DNA of 64,000 bases. It comes from Emiliania huxleyi CCMP1516 (taxonomy: Eukaryota). This document shows positions 10,831 to 22,387 of the stretch, in pieces. The stretch spans positions 899,081-963,080 of the forward strand of contig NW_005201287.1 in assembly GCF_000372725.1 (NCBI RefSeq), in the 5' to 3' direction. The notes beneath the pieces were generated by a model. That model saw only the letters and a program-made list of their open reading frames with translations. It did not search any database and was not told the DNA's origin. The position numbers and the translations under genes are program-made. The stretch's first letter is position 1; the number at the start of each line of letters is the position of its first letter.

Positions 10831-12519
10831 ATGGAGACGCCCACGCTCTCCGCGTACGAACGGGAGCGACTCGAGAACATCCGGCAGAACCAAGCTGCCC
10901 TCGCCTCTCTCGGTCTCGTCGATAGCGTTCTCATCTCCCCCTTCAAGCGCAAGTCGGCGGCAAAGAAGGTGAGGGCAGCAAAGAAGGTAGCTCGGCCGAG
11001 CTCGTCGCGGTCTGCGCTCCTCGAGACAAAGGCCAAGGAGGCGCATCAGCGGCTTCGCATCGAGCGCGAGCGGGCCGAGGCGCAGCGCGAGCGGGCTGAG
11101 GCGCAGCGCCAGGCCCGCAGGCAGGCGCAAAAGGAGAAGGCGCGGGCTGCTGAGGTGGCGAGGCGGCTCCGCGAAGTGGAGCAGGCTGGGATCGCCACGC
11201 TGCGCCGCGCTGCGGCCGCGGAAGCCCACCTCAAGCGCGTCGCTGCGGCACGGGAGAGGGCGGAGCAGGCGCGAGAGCAGCGGGTGGCTGCGGCGAGGGC
11301 GCGGGCAACTGCGAGGGAGGAGGAGCGCCGGCAGTCGCGGGATGAGGCAGGCCAGCGCAGCGCCGCAACCCGCTTCCGCGCAGCATGCCGCTCTGGGCGA
11401 TCGCAGCGTGCCAGCAAGCGCGCACGCATGGCCTTGCGCGCGTTGCAGCTCGGCACCGAGCTGCCCCTCCCCACCACGCGAGGACTCTGCGCGACGCCGG
11501 GCTGCTCGCTGCCCGACTTCCACTTCGGGCCGTGCACCTGCCACGCGGTGGGGCGCGCGCGCGTGAGCCGCCAGCGCGTCGCCTACGAGGACCGAGGCTC
11601 CTCCGGCGAGGAGAGCGACTCCGAGGACTACGTGCCCGTGCACCGCCGCTCGGACGAGGAGGAGCCGCCGAACTCGACTGCGGGACGCGCGGCCCGCGCT
11701 GCTCGGCGCAGCGCCATCCGGATCGTGTGCGCGCCGTGCGAGGCGCCGGTGGCCGAGGAGGCAGCGGCACGGGAGGAGAAGAAGGAGGCGGCACGGGAGG
11801 AGATTGCGGCGTTGCCAGAGGAGGAGGGAGAGGAGGAGGAGGGAGAGGAGGGGGAGGCAGAGGAGGAGGAGGCAGAGGAGGACGAGGAGGCAGAGGAGGA
11901 CGAGGCCGCGGAGGAGAGGGAGCGGGCGGCGCTCCTCGCGATGCTCGCGCAGATGCGCACAGAGGGCCACCCGCTCCTCGGTGCCCGCGTTGCGGTGCGG
12001 CACAGCGGGTCGGTGGTGCTGGGAGAGGTCACGCGATGGCTGCCGGCCGACGAGGAGGACGGCGCGCTCTTCCGAGTCGTGCACGACGACGGCGACGAGG
12101 AGGACCTCGAGGAGGAGGAGCTGGAGGAGGCGCGCGAGCTGTACAGCTTGGTGCAGCAGGAGCGGGCGATGCGCACCGACCACGCCGCTGTCGGCCGGCG
12201 CGTCGTGCGAACCTTCCCGCGCGGGCCGGTCCTCGCCACGGTGGCAAAGTGGCTGCCGCCGGACGGGGAGGACGGCGCGCTCTTCCGGGTCGTGCACGAC
12301 GACGGCGACGAGGAGGACCTCGAGGAGGAGGAGTACCGCCAGGCCCTCGCCGACTACCGCAACCTGCTCCGTGTGGGCAAGGGCGAGGCCAAGCGGGCCG
12401 CTTCCGTTGCGGCGGAGAGCAAGGCGTCGCCGGGGCCACCTGCCGCACGGGCGATGCCTCCACCGCCGTGCGAGGCGAGGTCGACGCGGGCCGCTGCGTC
12501 GCGGGGCTCCCGCGGCTAG
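10831..12519 (+). CDS. Probable chromatin protein with two Tudor-like domains
   Basis: LSAYERERLENIRQNQAALASLGL N-terminus; CATPGCSLPDFHFGPC; acidic tract; WLP..EDGALFRVVHDDGDEEDLE twice. Confidence 0.75.
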   Translation: METPTLSAYERERLENIRQNQAALASLGLVDSVLISPFKRKSAAKKVRAAKKVARPSSSRSALLETKAKEAHQRLRIERERAEAQRERAEAQRQARRQAQKEKARAAEVARRLREVEQAGIATLRRAAAAEAHLKRVAAARERAEQAREQRVAAARARATAREEERRQSRDEAGQRSAATRFRAACRSGRSQRASKRARMALRALQLGTELPLPTTRGLCATPGCSLPDFHFGPCTCHAVGRARVSRQRVAYEDRGSSGEESDSEDYVPVHRRSDEEEPPNSTAGRAARAARRSAIRIVCAPCEAPVAEEAAAREEKKEAAREEIAALPEEEGEEEEGEEGEAEEEEAEEDEEAEEDEAAEERERAALLAMLAQMRTEGHPLLGARVAVRHSGSVVLGEVTRWLPADEEDGALFRVVHDDGDEEDLEEEELEEARELYSLVQQERAMRTDHAAVGRRVVRTFPRGPVLATVAKWLPPDGEDGALFRVVHDDGDEEDLEEEEYRQALADYRNLLRVGKGEAKRAASVAAESKASPGPPAARAMPPPPCEARSTRAAASRGSRG

Positions 12520-13396
12520 GCAGCCTGCGTAGCACGGCGAGGCGCTTCCCGGGGAAACCTGTCCTTTGACAGTCCGCTCTAGCGGACTGGCCAATCCCCG
12601 GGTGCGTCATGCTAGCCTCGCCGCATGTTGTGCCCACGTCGTAGCCGCCTGAAGCGCGCCAGGGCGGGAATAGGATTGTGTAGGGACTATAGGGTCGGCC
12701 CCGCGCTTACCCCGCGCCGTGTATAATCTCGACGAGATCGAGAGCCGAGAGCGTCGTCTCGTTCTCCAGCGTGTCGCGGTCTTTTTGTGCATGAGCTGGC
12801 GCGCGACTGGTGTGTACATTCTGTACAAGTGTGCGTGTGTCCACGCACAGGTTGAGTGGCAGCCTTGCTTTCTATGTAGCGTGTGTACGAGGAGTGGATT
12901 GTCAAGTGCGAGAAGTACCGTATAGTGTATAGAAAAAACTTAAGACAGAACCGAGCTCCGAGGTGTCGGGGACAGCGGCGAACGTGCCTCTCATTTGGAT
13001 TTGTCTATTGCAGCGGCCTCCAAAGTGCTTTAAGGGCGCGGCGCTGCATTGGGGCTGCGGTTGAGGCGGTGTTCCCCATCCGCATGGGTGAATTTGAGGG
13101 GAGTTAAAGTGAGGATTCGGTTTGACGGTGAGCGACGGTGTTTGCTGTTTCTTCCCCTGGGCGCGATAAAAGCGAGTTTTTCTTCTCTTGAGAGAGAGAG
13201 ATAAACCTCTGACTTTTTATGTTCACCCCGGCTAGTCGCCGACCACCCACATAGAACCCTGCACAAAGATCGCACGGGCGGGGACCTGTTCCATTTTACC
13301 CATCTCCTAGTAAAGGTGTCCGTTTTTATTTTGTTTATTTGTTTATTTTTCCAACTCTTTGTTTTATTTATGTTCACACAGAGTGCATGTGATATT

Positions 13397-14140
13397 TCAT
13401 CCAAGAGAGTCCGATGGGGATGGCGACGTTGTGACTGGCAGTGCGTAGTCGTCCGCTAGATCTGGCAGCATGTAATCGCCGCTCGACGATGATAACGACG
13501 ACGAGGAGGTCGAGGAGGAGGAGGAGGAGGAGGAAGTCGAGGAGGAGGAGGAGGTCGAGGAGGAGGAGGTGGAGGTGGAGGAGGAGGAGCAAGTGCACGA
13601 CCTGGAGGAGCCCTGCGCGTTGGTATTGCACGTTGAAACGCAATTCCTTCCTTCACACTCTCGCTTGAAGCGCTCGCAGTCTGAGAGAGTTGGTCTCGTT
13701 GTTGATGGCAACTGCGGCCTGTCTGGCGGCTTAGGCCTCTCCGGCATATCTTCTGATTGAGGCCGCTCCGGCATATCTTGTGGCCGAGGCTGCGCTGGCC
13801 TGTCTGGTGGCGGGGGACGCTCTGTGCCGCCACCTGGTGGCTCTGCGCGCCCAGGGCCCCCAGGGCAGAAGCTCTTCTTCCCTGCCCACACTTCTGCCGC
13901 AAAAACAGCGTCGGCAAGGCGAAAGAAGCCGTCGCCATCAAAGTCGCCACTCCTGCACGGCGTAGCATCTGGCGTGTCTCCCCACTCCTGCTTCCCCGCC
14001 CACACTTCTGCGACATACACTGCATCGGCAAGGCGAAAGAAGCCGTCGCCGTCAAAGTCTGGCGACAGAGGGCATGGGCATGGCTGAGGCTGTGCGGTCT
14101 TGAAGGCAGGGATGACCGAGAGCAGACGCTGCATCAGCAA
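13397..14140 (-). CDS. Dockerin-like (paired EF-hand-like) protein with Pro-, Cys- and Ser-rich tail; possibly 5'-incomplete
   Basis: DFDGDGFFRLADAV(Y/F)xAEVWAGK twice. Confidence 0.55.
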   Translation of the reverse strand: MLMQRLLSVIPAFKTAQPQPCPCPLSPDFDGDGFFRLADAVYVAEVWAGKQEWGDTPDATPCRSGDFDGDGFFRLADAVFAAEVWAGKKSFCPGGPGRAEPPGGGTERPPPPDRPAQPRPQDMPERPQSEDMPERPKPPDRPQLPSTTRPTLSDCERFKRECEGRNCVSTCNTNAQGSSRSCTCSSSSTSTSSSSTSSSSSTSSSSSSSSTSSSSLSSSSGDYMLPDLADDYALPVTTSPSPSDSLG

Positions 14141-14264
14141 GTCGGTAGCCCGTCACACCAATCCTCGCACCCACAACGTCGCACCGCCTCAGTCAGTACC
14201 AGGCAGGTCAGTCGTACGAGAACGTACGAGCTCGTACGTTTTCCGGCGCCCGGGCGTAACCACT

Positions 14265-16158
14265 CGTCTTCTGATAAACGCAGTATGGAAGATACAAAGA
14301 GACGGAGGAGCAACGAGCGCCCTGGCGTGAGCCGAAGACACTCCCTCCGTAGACACTGATCACACACGGGTGGGACAGGGTGGGTCACAACAACGAGGCA
14401 CGAGAGCGTGCTCGACAGAGCGACAACGCAGCGCACTGCCGTCCAGTCGGCGAAGGGACGGCTGCTGCGCAAAGTGATCAGTTCTAATGAATGTACCGGG
14501 GCCCAACGGATAGATGAATCCGGGGCACCCTCCGCTCGAATCCCTGGCCGGGGGTTCGAGGTGGCCCCCACCCTGGGGCCTCCCATCAAAGGGACTGCGG
14601 CAGAAGACGCCCAATCTTGCACAAGTGCAAGAACCATACGTCTTCTGATAAACGCAGTATGGAAGATACAAAGAGACGGAGGAGCAACGAGCGCCCTGGC
14701 GTGAGCCGAAGACACTCCCAACTGCGCTCCGTCACCGGTGTCGCGGTCTCCCCCACTGAGGGCGATCTGCGGGGGGGAGTCGCGCCGCCGGCATGTATCT
14801 GTGCAACTGTGTTTTTGCCTTGTCCCGTTTGATGGAGCAAAGTCACGGGCCGCCCGCGCTTAAGGCGGTCGCGCCAGGCGCGGGCGGCGACGGGGGCGTT
14901 GGCCGAGGCAGCGCACGGAGCAGGGAGTCGAGCGTCGGCGCCTTGGCTGCAATAGCGCGCGAGCAACGCTGCTCGGCCACTCGGTCGCGCGCCGCGGCGG
15001 TCCCGCCCACATACTCGGCGCGAGTCTCAACCTCCGCAGAGTAGTTCTGAAAGGAGTTGGTCCTCAGGCAGGCCGGGAAACTTGCGCGGGTAGTCTTCAA
15101 CATGCTGAGCACATGCCGAGAGAGCAGGGCGGGATGCCCATCGCTCGCTCGCGGAGTGATGTGACCAGCGGCGGCGGCGAGCGAGGCAGCCCCCACGACG
15201 GCGCTCCCCATGGGATCGACGCGCGCCGCCGCCGTGAAGACGGGCCCCAAGCAGCGGGTCATGTCAGACAGGGCTGCGAACGGGACGTCGGCCGTAGGGT
15301 CGCAAAGAGCCCCGACCGTCGCGTACTGCAAGAAGTCGACGGCCTTCGCTTCTGCAGATGGCGCTGGTCCCAAGGGCACGATAGCCTCGGAGTACCCCAA
15401 ATCGCCCCACTGCAGATAGAGCTCGGGCACCGGGATTTGGCGGGAGTGCAGAGCCTGGATGCACACCGTACGGAACGCATCCTCATCCACGTGCACCGTG
15501 CTGAAAACGCCGAGGTCGGACAAGGCACCGAGGATGCGGCGCCAGGCCGCGGCCAATACGGCCAGCCGCAAGACGCTGAGCCTGTCAAAGTGGGTGGCCA
15601 CAGCGGGCTCGGGCTCACTGAAGGCGAGCAGCGCACTGATGGCGACCCACTGCGGAATCTGGACCCACGACGGTTGCATCCCCGGAGGAGGAGGGGGCAG
15701 CTGGAGGAGGGCCGGATTGCCCACCACAGACCACGGAATGAAGCGCAGGGTAGAGCCTACCACTGTTGAGTCGACGGGTATCACCAGTGGCTTTGCGGGA
15801 TCGGGGTGCTGCTCGGCCGGAATGCTGAGCTCGGCGGCAGTGAGGTCTGGCATCGCGGCGCCGGTCGTCTCGTCGAGGGCTACCTCTCGACTCTACTCCC
15901 GTGTCACAACAACGAGGCACGAGAGCGTGCTCGACAGAGCGACAACGCAGCGCACTGCCGTCCAGTCGGCGAAGGGACGGCTGCTGCGCAAAGTGATCAG
16001 TTCTAATGAATGTACCGGGGCCCAACGGATAGATGAATCCGGGGCACCCTCCGCTCGAATCCCTGGCCGGGGGTTCGAGGTGGCCCCCACCCTGGGGCCT
16101 CCCATCAAAGGGACTGCGGCAGAAGACGCCCAATCTTGCACAAGTGCAAGAACCATAC
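14265..16158 (-). mobile_element. Non-autonomous split-direct-repeat (Ngaro/PAT-like) retroelement
   Basis: 256-bp repeat at 15903-16158 and 14384-14639; 81-bp repeat at 14639-14719 and 14265-14345; order on minus strand A1-ORF-B1-A2-B2. Confidence 0.78.
14843..15853 (-). CDS. 336-aa element ORF1 (gag position), probably C-terminally deleted
   Basis: Intronless ORF starting 50 nt inside repeat A1; no RT or recombinase motifs seen. Confidence 0.55.
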   Translation of the reverse strand: MPDLTAAELSIPAEQHPDPAKPLVIPVDSTVVGSTLRFIPWSVVGNPALLQLPPPPPGMQPSWVQIPQWVAISALLAFSEPEPAVATHFDRLSVLRLAVLAAAWRRILGALSDLGVFSTVHVDEDAFRTVCIQALHSRQIPVPELYLQWGDLGYSEAIVPLGPAPSAEAKAVDFLQYATVGALCDPTADVPFAALSDMTRCLGPVFTAAARVDPMGSAVVGAASLAAAAGHITPRASDGHPALLSRHVLSMLKTTRASFPACLRTNSFQNYSAEVETRAEYVGGTAAARDRVAEQRCSRAIAAKAPTLDSLLRALPRPTPPSPPAPGATALSAGGP

Positions 16159-16320
16159 CGCCCCCACTCCTGCCGCCCATCCAAGCTACTTAATGTGGGT
16201 TTTTTGTTTCTCTTTTTCCCAGTGAATTCTTTAATCGAGGCGGCCCTGCGATCGCGCACACCTCGCTACCCAACGCGGCCAAAGGATATCCACCTCGAGA
16301 ACCTCGAGAGAGGCGGCCCA

Positions 16321-18801
16321 ATGGCCAGCATCGGCCTGGCCACCTCGGAAGCGCTGGTACGCGAGCTGCACAGCCGTCACTATGATTGGGAGGTGCTCGA
16401 GCGCGCTGGGCTAAGCTTTAGCAAACTCCGGCATATTGAGCTGCTCACATACCTGAGGCGGGACGCGCCGCGTTTCCGTGAGATACTGAACTCGAGCTCT
16501 CTCGGCCTGAGCGCCTTCGACACGACGCTGCTCCTCCGCACACTTAGCCGGCGACCCGACCTCGCGGCTGCGCTGCGAGAGACGGGCCTCGGTGCAGGCA
16601 GTGACTTTCAGTGCACCTTCGATGAGTCACCACGCGACGGCGGGTGCCAGATCAAGTGCGATGGGCGCAGCTGCGAGCGCGCGCAGGCCAAGTGCCGCTC
16701 GCTTGGCCACTGCGTCTCGGTCGACGTCAACCGCGACAAAACGTGGGCGACGCTCAAGTCGCTTCAGGCCGTCCTGCCGCCGCCGTAGGATTGCCACCGT
16801 CAATCTATTCTCATCATCAATCGTGTCGGCGCAGGTCTTCATGCCGCTGCCGCCGCCGGCGTGCGAGGGCTACGCGTTTGAGGCAAACGGCAGCGCGGCG
16901 GTGCCCATCGACGCGCCGCTCTCGCTCTCCTTCGACGACCTCCCGGTCGGCCCAGGCGGGCTCGGCTTGCCGCAAGAGGAGTGGTGCTACCGCGACACGC
17001 CCGTGCAGCCGCCGCCCGACAACGGCAGGTGGCGCCGCCCCTCTGCCCGGAGCACTCCCGCACACGCCGCTCCGCCTCTTCCCGCCAGATCGGACCTCTT
17101 CCCGCCAACTCTGGACTGATGCACAGCCGCCACGCACGGAGCCAGCCCCCTGCGCCTTCCCCCCCCTGTGCCCACACCCGCCCTCCCGGTGTGCCAACCC
17201 TCCCCCCCCTTGACCGCAGGTGCACGCTGCAGACGTGCTTCGACCTCGAGCGCTGCCAGCCGCGAGCCGGAGAGACGGAGGCGTCGGCGCTGCGGCTGTA
17301 CATCGACACGCCAAAGCCGGCGACGCACGACATGGAGCGGTGGCCGACGTGCATGCGGCAGACGCTGCGCGCTGGCGTGACGGACGAGGCGGAGGGGCGC
17401 TTGCCTCGTCACCCCTGCAGGCGCCTTCCACGAACCTTCTCTGCACCTTCCTATAGGCGGAGGGCGCCTGCCTCGTCATCCCCACTGTCAACATCAACTG
17501 CGAGTGGGACGTCTGCGACCCGGCGACGCACTCGCGGCTGCGGGCGATGCCATCGTGGCGCGGCACCGGCCACAACCACATCTTTTGGGACTACATGGAC
17601 CCCCCCCCAATCAAGTCCGGCCCCGAGGGGGCAAGTTCTTCCTCCCCGCCCCCGGCCCCTCCCCCCCCCCCCCCCCGCCACCCCTCCCCCTCCTCCCCAC
17701 CCTCCCCGCCACCCCTCCCCGCCACCCCTCCCCGCCACCCCTCCCCGCCACCCCCGCCACCCCCGCCCGCACACGGCTCTGTCCCCCCTCCCCCCCCCCT
17801 GCCGCTCCTTCCCAAGGCTCTCTTCCTCAAGACGTCGATGCGCCTCTCCGACTACCGCCCCGGCTTCGACCTGCCCGCGCCGCTGCTCCCGAATGGAGAG
17901 ACCCCGCACTCGCCCGCCGCCCAGCCTCCCCCCACTCGCAGCCTCCCCCCACTCGCCCCGTGGGCCCTCGGACTCGTGAGCCCTCGGACTCGCTCCCCCC
18001 CCCCCACAGGAGAGGCGGCGCGCGTCTCGCCCGCCGAGCTGGCGGCGGCGCGCGGCCGGCGCAGCCTGCTCGCCTCCTTCAAGGGCGTGTGCCAGAGCAG
18101 CTCGCGCCGCCCACAGCTCGCCAAGCTGCACAACGGGCGCGACCTCACCATGGCGTGCTCTTTAATTAATGGCTCATCGTTAATTAGTTAATTAATCAGG
18201 CGCGACCTCATCATGGTGTGCACCAACGGAGGAGGCCGCCGCAGCGCGCAGCACTGGGACTACAAGACGCTGATGCTCTCCTCCGTCTTCTCTGTCGCGC
18301 CTGCGGGCAACGGGCTCCACTCGTTCCGTCTGGCGGAGGCGATCTTCTTCGGGTCGATCCCGGTGGCCGTCGACGACGAGGGGACGCGTCTGGCGCGAGA
18401 TGTGCCTGAGCTTGCCCGGGGCCTTCCCGTAGGTGATCGTCGACGACGAGGTGACCCTCCCCTTTTGCAGCGTGCTCGACTGGCGCCGCTTCTCGGTCCG
18501 GATCCGGCAGAGCCAGGTGAGCCAGCTGCCGCAGCTGCTGCGCGCCATCCCGCCCGCCGAGGTTGCGAGGATGCAGACGCGGCTCGCGGAGGTGAAGCGA
18601 AAGTACTTCCTCTTCCCCTTCAACACCGCGATGGCCATTCTGCATCTGCGCGTGAGGGAGGCGCAGCGAGCCGCCGCCAAGGGGGACGGCGGCGGAGGTG
18701 GCGGCGGCGGCGGCGGAGGTGGCGGCGGCGGCGGCGGCAGGGGCAGGCGGCGGCGGCGCGGCAGGGGGCGGCGGCGACGGCCAGCCGAGGTCGATTTGTA
18801 A
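16321..18801 (+). CDS. Exostosin-family (GT47) glycosyltransferase, about 8 exons
   Basis: WRGTGHNHIFWD, LLASFKG, YKTLMLSSVFSVAPAGNGLHSFRLAEAIFFGSIP|VIVDDEVTLPFCSVLDW. Confidence 0.88.
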
Positions 18802-19511
18802 AGATGCCTCTCATGACTTGAGTCACAATCAGTGAGTGCGGCGTCGGCCGTCGCGCCTGAGTGCGGTTTGTCTATACCTGTGGAGATGGCTCCAGAGAGA
18901 GCAACTCAGCTCTCTCCCCGGTTGCCCCCGGACCCGCGCGCCCGTACGGGGGTCGCGGTCGGCCGCGGGCCGCGGCGTAAAACGCACACATCTCCTTTTC
19001 GCGCGAGAGAGACTGGAGAGGCCTTTTGTTTACCGATATATATTGATTGCTTTTTATTTCGTTTTTACATTTTAGTCTTTTAGAAGGGGACCTGTTCCTT
19101 TTTACCCATCTCACAGTAGAGGAAGAGGAAGTAAGAGGTGTCCGTTTTTATTTTTCCGATTTATTTACGTTTTAGACATTAGCTCGAGTGCGAAGACCGA
19201 AGAGGGTAACATCTCACACGGACGAGACGATGTGCGCGAAGCTAGGCGCGAAGGGTGTGATCGTGTGTGTACGAGAGATGGACGACCCCATTTGCCACCC
19301 GAGGCGCCAGGCGGCTATAGCATTTCGCAAGCACACATCATGTCTCACAGCTTCACAGGCGTTTCTCCGCAGGGCCCCTCTTCGGGGCTTCCTCGCGAGG
19401 CTCCCCCCCCCCCCCCCCCCCATCCCGCAGCCCCCTCCCCTCCCGCCCACCCACGCATGCACCCTCCGAGAGCCGGCGCCCTCTCGTCAAGCCTCGCCCC
19501 GCCGGCGCCCC

Positions 19512-20613
19512 TCAGTCCTGGCACTGGGCGACTGCCTTGTCCTGAATCATGCCCATCGCGTGCATGCCGTTGTCGACGTAGAGCGTGACGCCCGTCACGG
19601 CGCCGAAGAGCGGGGAGAGCAGGCAGCACGCGGTCTGGCCGACGTCGTCCGAGTAGAGGTCCTTGGCGAGCGGCGCGTTCGCCTTGCAATAGTCGATGCC
19701 GACCTCGATGAAGGACTTCTTGTCGCTCTTGGAGATGGCGGAAGCGGCGCGCGACTTGAGCGGGCCGGCGGAGATGGTGTTGACGGCGATGTTGTACTTG
19801 CGGCCCGCCTCCCACGCGAGCACGCGCCTAGGCACAGGCTCCGCCAGCCTCGGGCAAGCCCTCGCGGGGAAGCGTCTCGCGCGGCGGTCTCGCGCGTGTC
19901 GCTCTCGAGCGCCGCCTTGGCAGAGGACATGCCTCCGCCGTACCCCGGGATCACCTGAGGACGGGTCGTGGGCGGGTCGTGCAGGGGCGAGCACACACAC
20001 GTGTCGGCGTGCCCGCGGCGTGCGTCCCGCCTTCTCCGAAGCGATGTACGTGAGCGAGAGGACCGAGCCGCCCTCATTCATGATCGGCCCAAACTTCGAC
20101 ACGAGCGAGACGAGCGAGTACGAGGAGGCGGAGGCGGCGGCGAGGTAGCCCGCGCGCGACGTCTCCAGCAGCGGCTTCTGCACCTCGGGCCCGTTGGCGA
20201 GGGAGTGGACCAGGATGTCGATCTTGCCTATCCGCCGCCAGGGCGTGTGAAGAGACGCCGCTCACGGCCGGCGGCGGGTCAGAGGGGCGGGTCGTGCCGT
20301 AGTCGGCCTTGACAGCCTCGGCAGTCTCCTCGATGGAGAAGCCGTCGAGGCCAGCGTACCTAGGACGGGCCCGACGGCTGTCGCGGCTCGTGGCGGAGTG
20401 TGTCGTGGCGATGGCGTCTCTGGTGCTGTGGAAGAGCAGCGAGGGAGAGGGGCCCCGCGCGCCGCTTGTTGGAGAGGACGTCCTCGGGCACGTCCGCCTT
20501 GGTGTCGAAGACAGCGTCGAGAGGGTAGATCTTCTCAATCACCATCTTGGAGCCGTCGTCCAGAATCATGTCCTGACGACACAGCGAGGCGGCGGGTGAG
20601 GGGTTGTCGACGA

Positions 20614-20645
<32 letters not shown>

Positions 20646-21112
20646 CGGCGGCCTCGTCAAACTTGCCCGAGGCGAGCGACTTTTGGAAGATGCCGAGCAC
20701 GGGCGGCCAGGTGCCGACGGTGATCTTGCAGCCGGCGTTGGCGAGCGCCTGCCGCAGGAGGGAGAACCGACCCTGGCTCAGTCCAGATCACGTCGAGGCG
20801 CTGGCGGTGAGTGGGGGTCCCAAGCAGTGTGAGGCTTCCTCCCACGAGGCGGAGAGGGCGACCCCTCCGCGAAACGGAACGCGGTGAAGCGCGGTGCACC
20901 TTGCAGATGGCCCATCCGTAGCCGGTGGAGTCAGCCACGCCAGCAACAAACGCCGTCTTTCCGGTCAGGTCGACGGACATGCCCATCAGCGGCTCCGCAG
21001 CGACGCGCGAGGCCTCCGAGAAGCGGCTCTGCGTGGCAACGCGGCCCTGTAGTGCGCCGCCGGCGCCGAGGGTGTAGCCGCTCACGGCGGTGGCACAGAG
21101 GAAGAGCGACAT
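19512..21112 (-). CDS. fabI: Plastid enoyl-ACP reductase (multi-exon)
   Basis: Targeting presequence; [78 protein letters not shown]. Confidence 0.95.
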
Positions 21113-22387
21113 CGAGCGGCGAGGCCGGAGGAGCAGCGAGCTCTGCAGACAGAAGCGAGATGCACAAGCGAACCTCCATACAGCCGTGAAAGAGCGAACG
21201 CACTCCAAGAACCACAACGCACTCTCTCACATGACAAGCGATCCACATAGGAATCTTCCCCGTTTCGGCCTGCCTGGCTCCGGAAGCGGTCACTCCCGAC
21301 AAAACTGTGTCGAAAACTCACTTCGATCTTCGAAGCCGGACGGAATTTCCGAGCGACGGCGACGGGTGAGGTGACAGCCCGCCAGTGACAGGAACGAAGG
21401 AACGTGCACGAGAATTGTGCGGACAGACCATTTCAAGTGTGCCAAGAAATAAAGAAAGAAAGAAGGCGTATACCTCGGACCGTATAGGCCAACCAACCAA
21501 GGAAGATCCGTCCTAGGAGGGGTGAACGCTGAACGGCACACAAAAAACAAAAGGCCCCTCTCGCAAAACACACAAAGGAGTCCTCCTACGGGAATGTACG
21601 TAAGAGCCACATACACCGAGAGAGAGAGACCTGCTTCTCCACGAGACATTCGGCGGCGGCTTCTATACTCGCCGCCTGCAGTTGCAAAGATCAACCGCCT
21701 TGCGCGCAAGGCTCACAACGCTCGGGCGTTGACCGCACCGCGTACCCTCCCCACTCCCGCCTCTCATTTGTGTCACACCACGCGGAACGCATCTCCATTG
21801 CTTCGGTGAAGGGGGTGAACCCTAGGGTGAACCGCGCCATCCTCGATCGCCGTGCAAAGCTCGCTTCCGAGCTCTCACGCCGCGCGTAGGGCCCTTAGGG
21901 GCCTAGAGAACACAACCCCCTCTCCCTTTTCTCCCAGTAAGCTAAAAGTACACCGAGAGATAGTACGTACACCGAAAAAGGCGGCGCCAGAGCACTTGGA
22001 GCACTTGGTTGGAGTGCAGTCATCAACCGCACATCCAGGGCCGGGGAGCTGAGTGAAGCGCACCCAGCGGGCCGGATGATTGGGATCGGGTTGCGGGCAA
22101 GAGAGCCCTAGCCCTGGGGGGTGCGCGGTCGCAGGGCCATAACACGGGTCTCCGAGGGTTAGTACCGCGCTCCGGGTTTCCCCTAGCAGCAGAACGCACC
22201 CTCTCTCTACTCGGAGCTAGTGGACACGACACTAGCTACTGATACGAGAATACGTACCGCCCCCACGCAACTACTTGAAGATAATACGAGAATACGCCGC
22301 TGCGAGACGCCTATAAGAAACATGGCGCTCCTTTTTCGCCCTTCCTTGGGACTTGTCGCGTCGTCGTGCGTCCTAGTCAGCAGCAAC

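Noticed and set aside
9264..12594. Long overlapping and antisense ORFs
   Set aside because: Shadow ORFs caused by high GC and stop-codon scarcity; this applies across the window.
14265..14345. Hammerhead ribozyme (ctgataa..gccgaag)
   Set aside because: Core deviates from CUGANGA/GAAA and no convincing stems were found; the same applies to ctgatgag at ~52357 and ctgacga at ~63741.
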